44,188 bases of DNA from sequence record SRR31156797_3584. One strand, written 5' to 3'. Shown here piece by piece: positions 19,647 to 29,601 of this stretch. A model generated the notes under the pieces. That model was not told the DNA's origin, made no database searches, and was given only the letters and a program-made list of their open reading frames with translations. A program made the translations under genes and the position numbers. The first letter of the stretch is position 1. Each line of letters opens with the position of its first letter.

Positions 19647-20018
19647 ATGTCAAAATCAGTAAATCAAGCACCTACAGCAGTAAATACAATTTGCGAAGGG
19701 ACACAAATTGTTGGTGACATTACAACGAATGGTGAGATCAGAATTGATGGTAAATTAGAAGGTAATCTTGACGCTAAAGGAAAAGTGGTTGTTGGACCAA
19801 CCGGAAGCGTAAAGGGTCAAATCGCTTGTAAAAACTGTGATGTTCAAGGAAGCGTTGAAGGTAGAATTGAAGTTGGTCAATTACTTTCATTGAAAGCCAG
19901 CTCAAGAGTATCAGGTGATATCGTAACTCATCAATTGGGAATTGAGCCGGGTGCTAAGCTGAATGGTAATTGTAAAATGAATGGACAATCACCAATCGAA
20001 CCAGAGAGAAAAAAATAA
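19647..20018 (+). CDS. Bactofilin (polymer-forming cytoskeletal protein)
   Basis: Repeating beta-helix pattern GT.I.GDI..G.IRIDG.LEG, GDI....L.IE.GA. Confidence 0.92.
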   Translation: MSKSVNQAPTAVNTICEGTQIVGDITTNGEIRIDGKLEGNLDAKGKVVVGPTGSVKGQIACKNCDVQGSVEGRIEVGQLLSLKASSRVSGDIVTHQLGIEPGAKLNGNCKMNGQSPIEPERKK

Positions 20019-20232
20019 GGAAAAGAAAAAAGAACCCGGATATGTAGCCTATGCGAAATACTCCGGAATGGCATTTCAAATGGGGTTTATAATTGCCGCC
20101 TTTACTTACGGAGGTTATAAACTTGATGAATGGATTGCTACAAAATTTCCTGTTTTTCTAATGATTGGTTTGTTTCTCGGATTGTTTTTAGGTCTTTATA
20201 TTACAATAAAAGATATAATCAAAAAAAAGTAG
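19981..20232 (+). CDS. AtpZ/AtpI family small membrane protein
   Basis: YAKYSGMAFQMG.II...YGGYKLDEW two-TM pattern. Confidence 0.82.
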   Translation: MDNHQSNQREKNKEKKKEPGYVAYAKYSGMAFQMGFIIAAFTYGGYKLDEWIATKFPVFLMIGLFLGLFLGLYITIKDIIKKK

Positions 20233-20240
20233 CTTTACGG

Positions 20241-21665
20241 CTACTTTTCGTATTTATAGGGTTCGCTTCTTACCCACTTTATTGTTTTACCATTAAGTTT
20301 TTCTGTTGATCTTTTTTGATTGATTCCTTCAATCCATTGTAAGTTTTCTACTGCTTTTTTTCGCAATACAAAGTCAAATAAGGTTTCTGTTTTTGAAGTA
20401 TCCGTTACTAAATATCGGTATTTGATTTTTGAGGCGTTTTCAGGTGTAAGGTTTGTAAAAGTGGTTAATACCGTTTGTATTTCTTTAAAAGATTCTTCGT
20501 TTTCAGCAATTCCAGTAATAATTAATACCCGTTGCATTTTTGGAATGAAAACCCAGGTAGTTTGTGTAATCTTTTTTCTTTTTAAGATCGACTTGGTCAG
20601 TGAAATTTGTCGGGCCTTAAATCCATTGATGGTGAGGGTGTCATCTTTAATTTCGAGATATTTTCCAGTTTCGTTTTCTGATTTATAATGATCAGCTAAA
20701 CTGTTCATATCATGAGAGATAAAATCAATGGATGCAACAATTGTGGCTTTTTGACTTTGGTTGCTTGCCACTAATGATTCCGGGGCTCCCTGTACAAACC
20801 AATATTCAGGAAAACTCATTTGAAGCTTTAGCTTGGGGTGAACAAAGGTGTTGTTATCTAAAAGCAAACCATAATCTGGGTTGTGTCCCACCAACATATT
20901 ATTTAATGAAGGTAGCATTGATGTGTAGCCCCTGTTTTCAGGGCTTTTTTCTGCTATTTTTTCAATTTTGGATGCCCTGTGGTTAGTTATAGGATGATCA
21001 TTTAAAAGTCTGAATTTTTCCTCATTGCCAAGCATTATTTCATGGTACTTTTTAATCTTAATTAAGGCTTTTTCAAGTCCTCGCGGGTTATAACCCGCAC
21101 TCATGGCAATTTGCGCTCCCTCCCGGTCTGCTTCTGCTTCTTGCATTCTGTCAAATACTGCATTTATTGGCCCAAAGGTAACATCAACAGGTAATTTCAA
21201 TGCTTTGCTTATTAGCTTGAGATGTGCAGCCTCCAAAATATTAGCGGGAACTTTTAAAATATTGGGAATTATATTTCGAATTAACTTTTCTGTGGAATGC
21301 TTATTTTTCACATGAACTAACTCATGAGCAATTACTCCTGCCAATTCATCTTCTGTTTCAATTATAGATAATAATCCGCGAGAAATGTAGACATAACCGC
21401 CAAAAGTAGCGTATGCGTTGACGTCTGGATTGTCTAAAATGAAAAATTTAATCTCATCAATATGATCAATGTGTTTTATTAATCTATTGCCAATTTCATT
21501 TATTTTTTGTTGGAGCGTTTCATTCTTGTAAAAGCCAATTTTACTTTGTAGCGTAAGATTGGTCATTTTTCCTACGCCTTGCATAAAAGCCTTTTGGCCG
21601 TAATTATATGAAGGGCCGGCTAATAGCAGGAAAAGAGTGAATAAAATAAAGCGTAAATGTTTCAT
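20241..21665 (-). CDS. M48 family zinc metalloprotease (BepA/YfgC-like), paralog 1
   Basis: NAYATFGGYVYISRGLL, ELAGVIAHELVH, EAEADREG, AGYNP, DHP; signal peptide. Confidence 0.88.
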   Translation of the reverse strand: MKHLRFILFTLFLLLAGPSYNYGQKAFMQGVGKMTNLTLQSKIGFYKNETLQQKINEIGNRLIKHIDHIDEIKFFILDNPDVNAYATFGGYVYISRGLLSIIETEDELAGVIAHELVHVKNKHSTEKLIRNIIPNILKVPANILEAAHLKLISKALKLPVDVTFGPINAVFDRMQEAEADREGAQIAMSAGYNPRGLEKALIKIKKYHEIMLGNEEKFRLLNDHPITNHRASKIEKIAEKSPENRGYTSMLPSLNNMLVGHNPDYGLLLDNNTFVHPKLKLQMSFPEYWFVQGAPESLVASNQSQKATIVASIDFISHDMNSLADHYKSENETGKYLEIKDDTLTINGFKARQISLTKSILKRKKITQTTWVFIPKMQRVLIITGIAENEESFKEIQTVLTTFTNLTPENASKIKYRYLVTDTSKTETLFDFVLRKKAVENLQWIEGINQKRSTEKLNGKTIKWVRSEPYKYEK

Positions 21666-21718
21666 AAAAGTGAGGCTAATGTATTCTTAAACCTCTAACG
21701 CAGAAACAGATAAACTGT

Positions 21719-23149
21719 TTAATCCTCATAGTGATAAGGTTCGCTGCTTATCCATTTAACAAGTTCATTATTAAGGGTGTCTCCTAGTTGTTTGTAGTTT
21801 AAGCTTTCAATCCAGAAAATGTTTTCCTGTCCATCTTTTCTAAATATAAAATCGCCAACGGTTTCATTCGTTGAGGTGTCGATATGAAGATATCTGGTTA
21901 CAATTTGTGAGGCATGAATGGGATCAAGTGGTGCAAAAGAGTTTGTGATTTTATGAATCGTGTCAAAATCTTCCTTTTTTCTTGCTGTGCCGGTTATCAC
22001 AAGTACAAGGTCTCTGTTTGGAATATATATCCAGGATGTTTGGGTAAAGTTGTCGCGAAATAACCTTGATTTTCTTAATGTTACTTGTCTTGCCTCATAG
22101 CCGTTTAGGTTTATTGTGTCATCTGTTAATGTTGTTTTTTTATCGTCGATATGTTCTTTAATATACCTGTCGGCAAGTATGTTTTTGTCAGTGCTGAAAT
22201 ATCCAATACCTGCAATTAAACCTATTTTTCCTTTCGGATCAGAGGCGCTTAAAGCTTCTACGGTAGGTTGTACAAACCAATTTGCAGGAAATTTAATTTG
22301 AGCTTTCAATACCGGATGTGCAAAAGTATTATCAGCTAATCGTACCCCTTTTTTCGGATTTTGGCCAATTATTAAACTATCAAGTAAATCATACAAAAGA
22401 CCAGTTTCATAGTTTCTGTTTTTAAACTTTTTGGCGATACCACGAATTCTGGTGGTTCTTTTTTTTGTGGTTGGGTGCTCTCCTAAAAATTGAAATCTAT
22501 CTTCGTGACCTTCAATTCTTTTTTGGTAATTGGCAACCTTTCGCAGCGCTGCTTCCAGGCCAAGTGGGTTATAACCAGCCTGATGGGCTAGCCTTGCACC
22601 CTTGCGGTCTGCTTTAAATTCTTGCCAGCGATCAAAAATCGCATTTATTCCTCCAAAAGTATATTCAACAGGTATGTTTAACACTTTACCCATAAAGTCA
22701 AGATTGATTTTTTTAAGAAGGTATCCGGGAATTTTTAAGATTTCAGGTAATACCTTTCTGTACAAATCTTCCGTAGCATGCCTGTCTTTAACATGAACGA
22801 GTTCATGTGCAAGAATTCCTGCTAATTCATCTTCGGTATCCAGTATTGATAATAAGCCTCTTGAAATGTAAACGTAACCCCCAAAAGTTGCAAATGCGCT
22901 GAGATCCTGCATGTCTAAAACGCTATACTTGATTTCATCAGGATAATCAATGTTCATTTCGATATTGTACCCTATTTCTTCAATTTTTTCCTGAATGTCT
23001 TCATCGTAATAAAACCCAACACCATTTTGTAAAGTTAAATAGGTAATATCACCAATGTTTTCCATAAAAACGAGTTGACCCCTGGAGCTCGTTAAAAGGA
23101 CAAAAACTAAAACAACCGTGAGTGTTAAGTGATTTTTCAAGAATTTCAT
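21719..23149 (-). CDS. M48 family zinc metalloprotease (BepA/YfgC-like), paralog 2
   Basis: AFATFGGYVYISRGLL, ELAGILAHELVH, EFKADRKG, AGYNP, EHP; signal peptide. Confidence 0.88.
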   Translation of the reverse strand: MKFLKNHLTLTVVLVFVLLTSSRGQLVFMENIGDITYLTLQNGVGFYYDEDIQEKIEEIGYNIEMNIDYPDEIKYSVLDMQDLSAFATFGGYVYISRGLLSILDTEDELAGILAHELVHVKDRHATEDLYRKVLPEILKIPGYLLKKINLDFMGKVLNIPVEYTFGGINAIFDRWQEFKADRKGARLAHQAGYNPLGLEAALRKVANYQKRIEGHEDRFQFLGEHPTTKKRTTRIRGIAKKFKNRNYETGLLYDLLDSLIIGQNPKKGVRLADNTFAHPVLKAQIKFPANWFVQPTVEALSASDPKGKIGLIAGIGYFSTDKNILADRYIKEHIDDKKTTLTDDTINLNGYEARQVTLRKSRLFRDNFTQTSWIYIPNRDLVLVITGTARKKEDFDTIHKITNSFAPLDPIHASQIVTRYLHIDTSTNETVGDFIFRKDGQENIFWIESLNYKQLGDTLNNELVKWISSEPYHYED

Positions 23150-23428
23150 AACTGCTTTATTTAGCGTTCACTAATAATAATTTAAATTAATATTAAATAG
23201 CTCAAAAAATGAAATTTTTTTGATTAATGGAATAAAGAATTGACAAGGGTTTTGATAACTAACATGATGAAGAACATGTTTTTAGGTTAATAAGTTGTGA
23301 ATTCTTGGTATTGATTTTGGATACCATGCCATGTTTCTCATAAGAGATTAAGAATATCTTGTAATAGGTTGAAAATGTTCAAGGTATCTTTTTCGTAAAA
23401 ATTGTTTTGGTTAACGACATTTTATTGT

Positions 23429-23460
23429 AAATAAGGCCGCTGGGGAGCGGCTTTATTTTT
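23429..23460 (-). terminator. Terminator hairpin downstream of the EEP nuclease gene
   Basis: AAATAAGGCCGCT-GGGG-AGCGGCTTTATTT. Confidence 0.7.
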
Positions 23461-24477
23461 TTATTTCGTTTCGAGCTTAATGAATACAGGGAAGTGGTCC
23501 GAATAACCTTTCAAATATAAGGCCCCTGCATGTGTTCTAAGTGGATGACCATCATATTTTCCTCCCTGAACCTGAATGCTTTCATCATTAAATAAATGAG
23601 CTGAATTAAATTGAATTGTTTTTCCATCTACAATATTAGGCGTGATTAAGATATGGTCAAACAAATACCAAACATCACGGTAACATAATGAACCTTCTGT
23701 TTTTGTTAATTTTTTAGCTAGTGGATTATAATAATCTGCTGATTTAAGTTCATCTTTTGATTGTGCAGCTTTCAATACTTCGGTAAGGCTTTTGTTTGAT
23801 GGGTCATCGTTGAAATCACCCATAATGATGATTTTTGCACCAGGATCAGCCTTTTTAATGGAATCAGCAATGGATTTGGTTAATTTGGCTGCATGTAACC
23901 GGCGATATTCGCTTTTCTCCGGACCTCCTCTGCGACTGGGCCAATGATTGACAATGATATTTATTTTTTCGCCGTAAAGATTTCCGGTAACCATTAATTG
24001 ATCCCGCGTTTTGTAATCTTCACCTTCAAAAACCAGCTTGTAGGTTTTGCTGTTTAATACTTCAAAGTTGTCTTTTCTGTATAGCAATCCTACATCAATT
24101 CCCCTGCGATCCGGTGATTCATAGTGTACGATGCCATAATTTGCATCTATTATGGGTTTTGTTTTGATGAGGTCTTCCACAACTGAGCGGTTTTCGACTT
24201 CGCAAAATCCCAATAAATCAGGCCCGGGTTGATTTTTATCTCCATCTAGTTTCTCGATGACAAATGCCAGGTTGTTGAGCTTTCTGGTATATCGTTTTGT
24301 ATTCCAGATTTTCTTCCCGCCCGGAGTCCAGTCAAAGTCACCGGGATTGTTGGAATCTATTGTGTCAAAAAGATTTTCCAGGTTATAAAATGCTACCGAT
24401 ATTTCTTTTTTATCCTGCGCTACACACCCTAATGTGAGGAGAATAATAGGCAATAAAACAATAATTATTTTTTTCAT
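23461..24477 (-). CDS. Endonuclease/exonuclease/phosphatase family protein (secreted, possibly lipoprotein)
   Basis: AFYNLENLFD, CEVEN, D.RGID, NHWPSR, MGDFND, SDHFP. Confidence 0.92.
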   Translation of the reverse strand: MKKIIIVLLPIILLTLGCVAQDKKEISVAFYNLENLFDTIDSNNPGDFDWTPGGKKIWNTKRYTRKLNNLAFVIEKLDGDKNQPGPDLLGFCEVENRSVVEDLIKTKPIIDANYGIVHYESPDRRGIDVGLLYRKDNFEVLNSKTYKLVFEGEDYKTRDQLMVTGNLYGEKINIIVNHWPSRRGGPEKSEYRRLHAAKLTKSIADSIKKADPGAKIIIMGDFNDDPSNKSLTEVLKAAQSKDELKSADYYNPLAKKLTKTEGSLCYRDVWYLFDHILITPNIVDGKTIQFNSAHLFNDESIQVQGGKYDGHPLRTHAGALYLKGYSDHFPVFIKLETK

Positions 24478-24487
24478 TTCTTAAATA

Positions 24488-27250
24488 TTAATGTGCTTCA
24501 AGCCAATCGTTTCCGGTATTCATATCAACCTTCATCTTTACTTTAAGCGGAATGGCTTTTTGCATTGATTCTAAAACAATTTCTTTAACTTTTTCTATTT
24601 CTTTTTTCTCAGCGTCAATAATAACTTCATCATGCACCTGCATAATCATTCGGCTTTTCATGCCTTGTTCTCTAAAAGCGGTATTAATTTTTACCATGGC
24701 TACTTTGATCATGTCGGCCGATGAGCCCTGAATAGGCGCATTGATGGCGTTTCGCTCTGCGGCACCTCTTACCACACCGTTGGCAGAGTTGATGTCTTTC
24801 AAAAACCGTTTTCTGCCCATAATTGTTTCGGCATAACCAACCTCGCGCGCCTTGGCAATACTGGCGTCCATATATGCCTTAACTTTCGGATAAGTTTCAA
24901 AATAGCTGTCGATCAAAGCTTTTGCATCTTTGTTTGACATGCCGGTATTTTGAGCCAATCCAAATGCTGAGATCCCGTATATAATTCCAAAGTTTGCGCC
25001 TTTGGCTTGACCACGCTGCTCACGAGTGACTTCGTCAGGGTTTAATTTGAAAAGCTTGGCTGCAGTAGCCTGGTGAATATCTTCGTCGTTTTGGAACGCT
25101 TCCAGCATGGCTTCATCTTCACTCAGATGCGCCATAATACGCAATTCAATTTGGCTATAATCGGCTGCAAGCAATATGTGGTTATCATCGCTTGGGATAA
25201 AGGCTTTACGCATAATTTTCCCTTTATCGTCACGAATTGGAATATTTTGCAAGTTTGGATTTGTGCTACTAAGCCTTCCCGTTGCAGTTACAGCCTGGTT
25301 ATATGAAGTATGGATTTTGCCCGTTTTACTGTTTACAAGTTTTGGTAAGGCTTCCACATAGGTGTTGAGTAGTTTATTTAAGCCTCTAAATTCCAAAATT
25401 GCAGGTACTATTTCGTGTTTGTCTGCTAGTTTTTCCAGCACATCTTCACCAGTAGCGTATTGTTTGGTTTTAGTGCGTTTGGGCTTGTCAGTTATTTTCA
25501 ATCTTTCAAATAGCACTTCACCCAGTTGTTTTGGGGATGCGATATTAAAGTCCATTCCGGCCAATTGATGGATTTTCTTTTCTAGTGCTATTAATTCCTC
25601 ACGAAGCTCGTTCGCAATATTTTTGAGGGCTTCACTATCTATTTTTACACCATAATATTCCATGTCGGCCAATACACTTACTAAAGGCATTTCCACTTCA
25701 CGAAAAAGTTTGTCAAGCTGAAGTTCTTTTAGCTCTTTCTCAAGTAACGGTTTTAGCTGATAGGTGATATCGGCATCTTCGCAAGCATAATCTTTTACCC
25801 TTTCCGGATTCAATTGTGCCATGCTGATTTGATTCTTACCCTTTTTCCCGATTAATGATTCAGTGGTGACCTTTTTATACTGCAAGTATCTTTCAGCAAT
25901 GGAATCCACATTGTGTGGAAGCTCAGGCTGAATGAGATAATGAGCAATCATGGTGTCGAATAAGTTTCGGCTGAGTTGCACATCATACTTACGCATTACC
26001 AGCATATCGTATTTGGCATTTTGAGCTGTTATTTCAACATTATTGTTCTCAAGTATCGGTTTAAATAATTCGATTATGTTCTTTATATCAAGTTCATTAT
26101 CTTTAATGCTCACATAATATGCTTTTCGCTTTTCCCATGAAAAAGACATCCCAACGAGCTCTGCCTTGATAGGTTCGGCCGACGTGGTTTCGGTATCAAA
26201 ACAGAATGCTTTTTGCTTTTTCAACAGTTCTACAAATTCTTCTGTGTCGTTTTTTGTAATGATAAGTTTATAGTCTGTTTCAACAGATTGCAGGTTGTCT
26301 AAGTCCGAAAAGGTTTCTACTGCTTCTGGAACCGCATCAAATAGCGAGCCTTGTGCACTTGGCGCAGGAGCAGCTTTCTGCGGAATTACCCGTGCTTTGA
26401 GGTTTCTGAATTCAAGTTCGTCGAATATCTTTTCAAGCGCTTCAGCGTTGGGTTCTTTTCGCTCTAAATCAGAATAATCCTGGTCAATAGGTACATCAAT
26501 GTTGATGGTAACCAACTCTTTAGACAACATTACCTGTTCTTTGTTTTCGATGAGTTTCTCTTTTTGTTTGCCCTTGAGGTCGTCAATGTGCTCATAAAGA
26601 CCTTCAACTGAACCATATTCTCCGATAAGTTTTATAGCGGTTTTTTCTCCAATTCCCGGTGCTCCCGGTATGTTATCCGACGAATCTCCCCATAAGGCCA
26701 AAATATCAATGAGTTGTGTGGGCTCTTTTAATTTATATTTTTCATTAATTTCTTCAACGCCGAGTATATCAATACCTTGTCCGAAGCGTTTAGGCTTATA
26801 CATTTTGATGTTTTCACTTACCAATTGACCATAGTCTTTATCGGGTGTCATCATGAAAACATCAACACCTTCTTTTTCCAGTCTTTTGGCTAAAGTGCCA
26901 ATTACATCATCAGCCTCGTAACCTTCCTGCTCAATAAGAGGGATGTTCATGGCCTTAATCATATCTCGGATGTATGGAATGTTTTCTCGCAACTCTTCCG
27001 GCATTTTTTCACGGTTGGCTTTGTATTCCTTATACATTTCATGCCTGAAAGTAGGCTTACTTACATCGAAAACCACTGCAATATGGTCGGGTTCTTCTTT
27101 TCGAAGCAATTCATTCAGAATATTCATAAACCCAAAAGATGCAGAGGTATTCATCCCCTTGCTGTTGATTCTTGGATTTTTAATAAAAGCGAAATATGAT
27201 CTGTAAATCAGCGCGTAAGCGTCGAGTAGAAAAAGCTTTGGTTTAGACAT
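24488..27250 (-). CDS. polA: DNA polymerase I
   Basis: 5'-3' exonuclease (EADD, GDSSDNIPG), 3'-5' exonuclease (FDTET), polymerase motifs DYSQIELR, NFGIIYG, QVHDE. Confidence 0.98.
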   Translation of the reverse strand: MSKPKLFLLDAYALIYRSYFAFIKNPRINSKGMNTSASFGFMNILNELLRKEEPDHIAVVFDVSKPTFRHEMYKEYKANREKMPEELRENIPYIRDMIKAMNIPLIEQEGYEADDVIGTLAKRLEKEGVDVFMMTPDKDYGQLVSENIKMYKPKRFGQGIDILGVEEINEKYKLKEPTQLIDILALWGDSSDNIPGAPGIGEKTAIKLIGEYGSVEGLYEHIDDLKGKQKEKLIENKEQVMLSKELVTINIDVPIDQDYSDLERKEPNAEALEKIFDELEFRNLKARVIPQKAAPAPSAQGSLFDAVPEAVETFSDLDNLQSVETDYKLIITKNDTEEFVELLKKQKAFCFDTETTSAEPIKAELVGMSFSWEKRKAYYVSIKDNELDIKNIIELFKPILENNNVEITAQNAKYDMLVMRKYDVQLSRNLFDTMIAHYLIQPELPHNVDSIAERYLQYKKVTTESLIGKKGKNQISMAQLNPERVKDYACEDADITYQLKPLLEKELKELQLDKLFREVEMPLVSVLADMEYYGVKIDSEALKNIANELREELIALEKKIHQLAGMDFNIASPKQLGEVLFERLKITDKPKRTKTKQYATGEDVLEKLADKHEIVPAILEFRGLNKLLNTYVEALPKLVNSKTGKIHTSYNQAVTATGRLSSTNPNLQNIPIRDDKGKIMRKAFIPSDDNHILLAADYSQIELRIMAHLSEDEAMLEAFQNDEDIHQATAAKLFKLNPDEVTREQRGQAKGANFGIIYGISAFGLAQNTGMSNKDAKALIDSYFETYPKVKAYMDASIAKAREVGYAETIMGRKRFLKDINSANGVVRGAAERNAINAPIQGSSADMIKVAMVKINTAFREQGMKSRMIMQVHDEVIIDAEKKEIEKVKEIVLESMQKAIPLKVKMKVDMNTGNDWLEAH

Positions 27251-27332
27251 GGGTGTTTAATTTATTTATAAACAGATAGTTTGAACCTGTCATATGTTCA
27301 TTAAAGCCTGTTTAGTTTAATTACTGTAACTT

Positions 27333-27432
27333 ATTGTTAAATTGTTATATGATTAAATTGTTGTATCTCGTGCATGGCTTTTTGAAGTCTTTGACCAACC
27401 AACAATTTAGCAATTTAACCATTTAACACTTT
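27333..27432. repeat. Inverted pair of degenerate octamer tandem arrays
   Basis: ATTGTTAA ATTGTTAT ATGATTAA ATTGTTGT (27333-27364) and AACAATTT AGCAATTT AACCATTT AACACTTT (27401-27432). Confidence 0.6.
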
Positions 27433-27486
27433 TTAGAGATTACTATTTCAGTGATTTTCTTCTTAAGCTTTTGTTAATGTATGGAC

Positions 27487-27930
27487 TTACTCATTATCAA
27501 CAGCATACCATTCTGCATAACTAGTGGCAGTTTCATAGAGTCTGATGCTAAAAACCTTCAATCCATTTGGTAGCTCTTGATTAATAATGGCGGCAAAATC
27601 GCCTACCATATTTTCGCAAGTTGGCTGATACGTTGTAGCTATAATGTTTTCAAAGAGATTTTTCATTTCAGCTAATCGCTCATCATTTTCATAAACTACC
27701 ACTGCGTGGTCATACACATCTACAATTTTACTATTTACCAGTCTTTTTAATTGCCCGAAATCCATTAACATGCCATTTTTAACATGCTTATCGTCATGAA
27801 TTGGTTCTCCAATGATGGTAACAAATAATTTGTATGAATGTCCGTGAATATTTCTGCAAGGTCCGTCATAGTTTCTAAGGGCATGTGCCATTTCGAAACT
27901 GAACTCTTTGGTTATTCTAACTTTTGCCAT
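27487..27930 (-). CDS. queD: 6-carboxytetrahydropterin synthase / PTPS family
   Basis: FEMAHAL, CRNIHGHSY, DFG, DH, PTCEN, LYET. Confidence 0.9.
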   Translation of the reverse strand: MAKVRITKEFSFEMAHALRNYDGPCRNIHGHSYKLFVTIIGEPIHDDKHVKNGMLMDFGQLKRLVNSKIVDVYDHAVVVYENDERLAEMKNLFENIIATTYQPTCENMVGDFAAIINQELPNGLKVFSIRLYETATSYAEWYAVDNE

Positions 27931-28269
27931 TTTATTATTAATTATAGAAGAGCGAAATTAATTAGATTGTTTGTTAATTCATAATTAAATAATTGATTTA
28001 ACCACAAAGAGCTCTATGGTTTCATAATGGCCACAAAAACGACAAGACTTCTTTGTGACTTTTGTATTTAAATACTAATAACTTATAAAAAATCCCGCAT
28101 GCTGAAACTAACCTGATAATCCGTATAAACCAGGTCTGGTCAAAGTTGATTCAATCGCTTATTTATATTTATTCACTCTTAGTGGTCTATTGCAATAAGC
28201 TAGCTGAGTACTCATAATAGGGCTAAAGAAATTAATGCTTTCTACAATTCTAACCGATTGATCATTATC

Positions 28270-28353
28270 TGCTTTAATCACCAATAAAATTTTACTCATA
28301 TGTTTAAGAAAAATATGGGTTATACTCCTAATGAGTACAGATTGATGAATTAA
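28270..28353 (+). pseudogene. C-terminal remnant of an AraC-family regulator
   Basis: Reads CFNHQ*NFTHMFKKNMGYTPNEYRLMN*, matching the AraC second-HTH signature GF....F...FKK..G.TP.EYR with an in-frame stop. Confidence 0.6.
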
Positions 28354-28459
28354 TACCTATGCTTCATCAAAAGAAAGTTTCAATTAACATTATGAAATGA
28401 TATTTTAGAGGGGAATTGTATAGTTTTGTATCTAAACAGCTATAAATCATTAAAACGAA

Positions 28460-29062
28460 ATGAAAATGAAAACAACAATTATTTCTCTATTATTGCTATT
28501 TGTATCTTCTAGTGTTTTATTCTCTCAAAATGAAGATTATAAATCAACCTTAACTTTAAGCACTGGATATAGCATAGCAGATCAAAAGTTAATTAATGAA
28601 AATGAATCAGATAGCGAATTTACTACTAGGCTTTTTCCCTTAGTTCAAGTTGGCTATGACTATGCTTTTAATGAAAGACTAAGTTTTGGCGCTGGAGTTT
28701 CATCACAATTAATGTATTTAAACTATACTAATTATGGCGATGATCAGGTTGATTTTCAAAAGAACTTAGTAATAAATACTTTTAGTCTTAGGGTTCTTGT
28801 TCATTATGGATTAGAGGCAAAAAAAATTAATATGTATTCAGGTTTGCGTTTAAGTGCAATTGATTATTTGATTTCAACAGATTATCAAGATTATGATGAG
28901 CGACTTACAACAGATCTTAAAGTGTCAAATTTTGTTTTACCACATGCTCAATTAATACTTTGGGGAATTCGCGCAAAATTATCAGATAGATTTGGAGCCA
29001 ATATGGAAATATGTGTTGGGCAGCCTTATTTTGTATCTTTAGGACTGACTTATAGTTTGTAA
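28460..29062 (+). CDS. Predicted outer-membrane beta-barrel protein
   Basis: Signal peptide, GYDYAFNERLSFGAG, C-terminal SLGLTYSL. Confidence 0.7.
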   Translation: MKMKTTIISLLLLFVSSSVLFSQNEDYKSTLTLSTGYSIADQKLINENESDSEFTTRLFPLVQVGYDYAFNERLSFGAGVSSQLMYLNYTNYGDDQVDFQKNLVINTFSLRVLVHYGLEAKKINMYSGLRLSAIDYLISTDYQDYDERLTTDLKVSNFVLPHAQLILWGIRAKLSDRFGANMEICVGQPYFVSLGLTYSL

Positions 29063-29076
29063 AAGTTTTAATCTAA

Positions 29077-29601
29077 ATGGAAGAGCAGGACAAGGACCTT
29101 CAAGATTTGATTATTAATGATCTTTCCCGGACTACCAAAACCATGGCTATTAATTACATGCAAGATTATCCGGAAAAGATGGATTTGTTGTGGGATTGGT
29201 TAAATAATGCGCAAGATCCGCTCAAGTGGCGCTCTGCTTGGGTGTTTGAAGAAACCTGTATCCTGAATCCTGAATTACTTGAAAAATATAAAGATCGCAT
29301 AGCACAGCTTTTTCCCACTTTAGACCATGTTCCATTGCGTCGGATGTTAGGAAATATATTATCGAAAATAGAAATCCCAGAAGATTATGAATCAGACATT
29401 CTAGAGGCTTCCCTTACCTGGTTGCAGGACCCTGAAATGCCTGCTGCTGTTCGCGTGCACTGCATGACAATTGTTTACAATCTCTCAAAAAAATATCCAG
29501 AGCTACAACAAGAATTGAAAGAGATTCTTCATTATTGGTATGATACCGGAAGTGCCGGTTTTAGAAATAGGGCAGGGAAGATTTTGAAGAAGATTAGTTG
29601 A
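29077..29601 (+). CDS. Conserved hypothetical alpha-helical (HEAT/ARM-like) protein
   Basis: WRSAWVF, PAAVRVHCM..YPEL..EL, SAGFRNRA pattern typical of a Bacteroidota helical-repeat family. Confidence 0.6.
   Translation: MEEQDKDLQDLIINDLSRTTKTMAINYMQDYPEKMDLLWDWLNNAQDPLKWRSAWVFEETCILNPELLEKYKDRIAQLFPTLDHVPLRRMLGNILSKIEIPEDYESDILEASLTWLQDPEMPAAVRVHCMTIVYNLSKKYPELQQELKEILHYWYDTGSAGFRNRAGKILKKIS

Noticed and set aside
28000-28065. CACAAAG...CACAAAA...CTTTGTG-ACTTTTGT motifs resembling a Bacteroidota repeat family
   Set aside because: Too degenerate and short to support from this window alone
27931-28140. Possible preQ1 riboswitch upstream of queD
   Set aside because: No preQ1 consensus visible, and a promoter-like TAATTTCG lies only ~22 nt before the ATG, leaving no room for an aptamer
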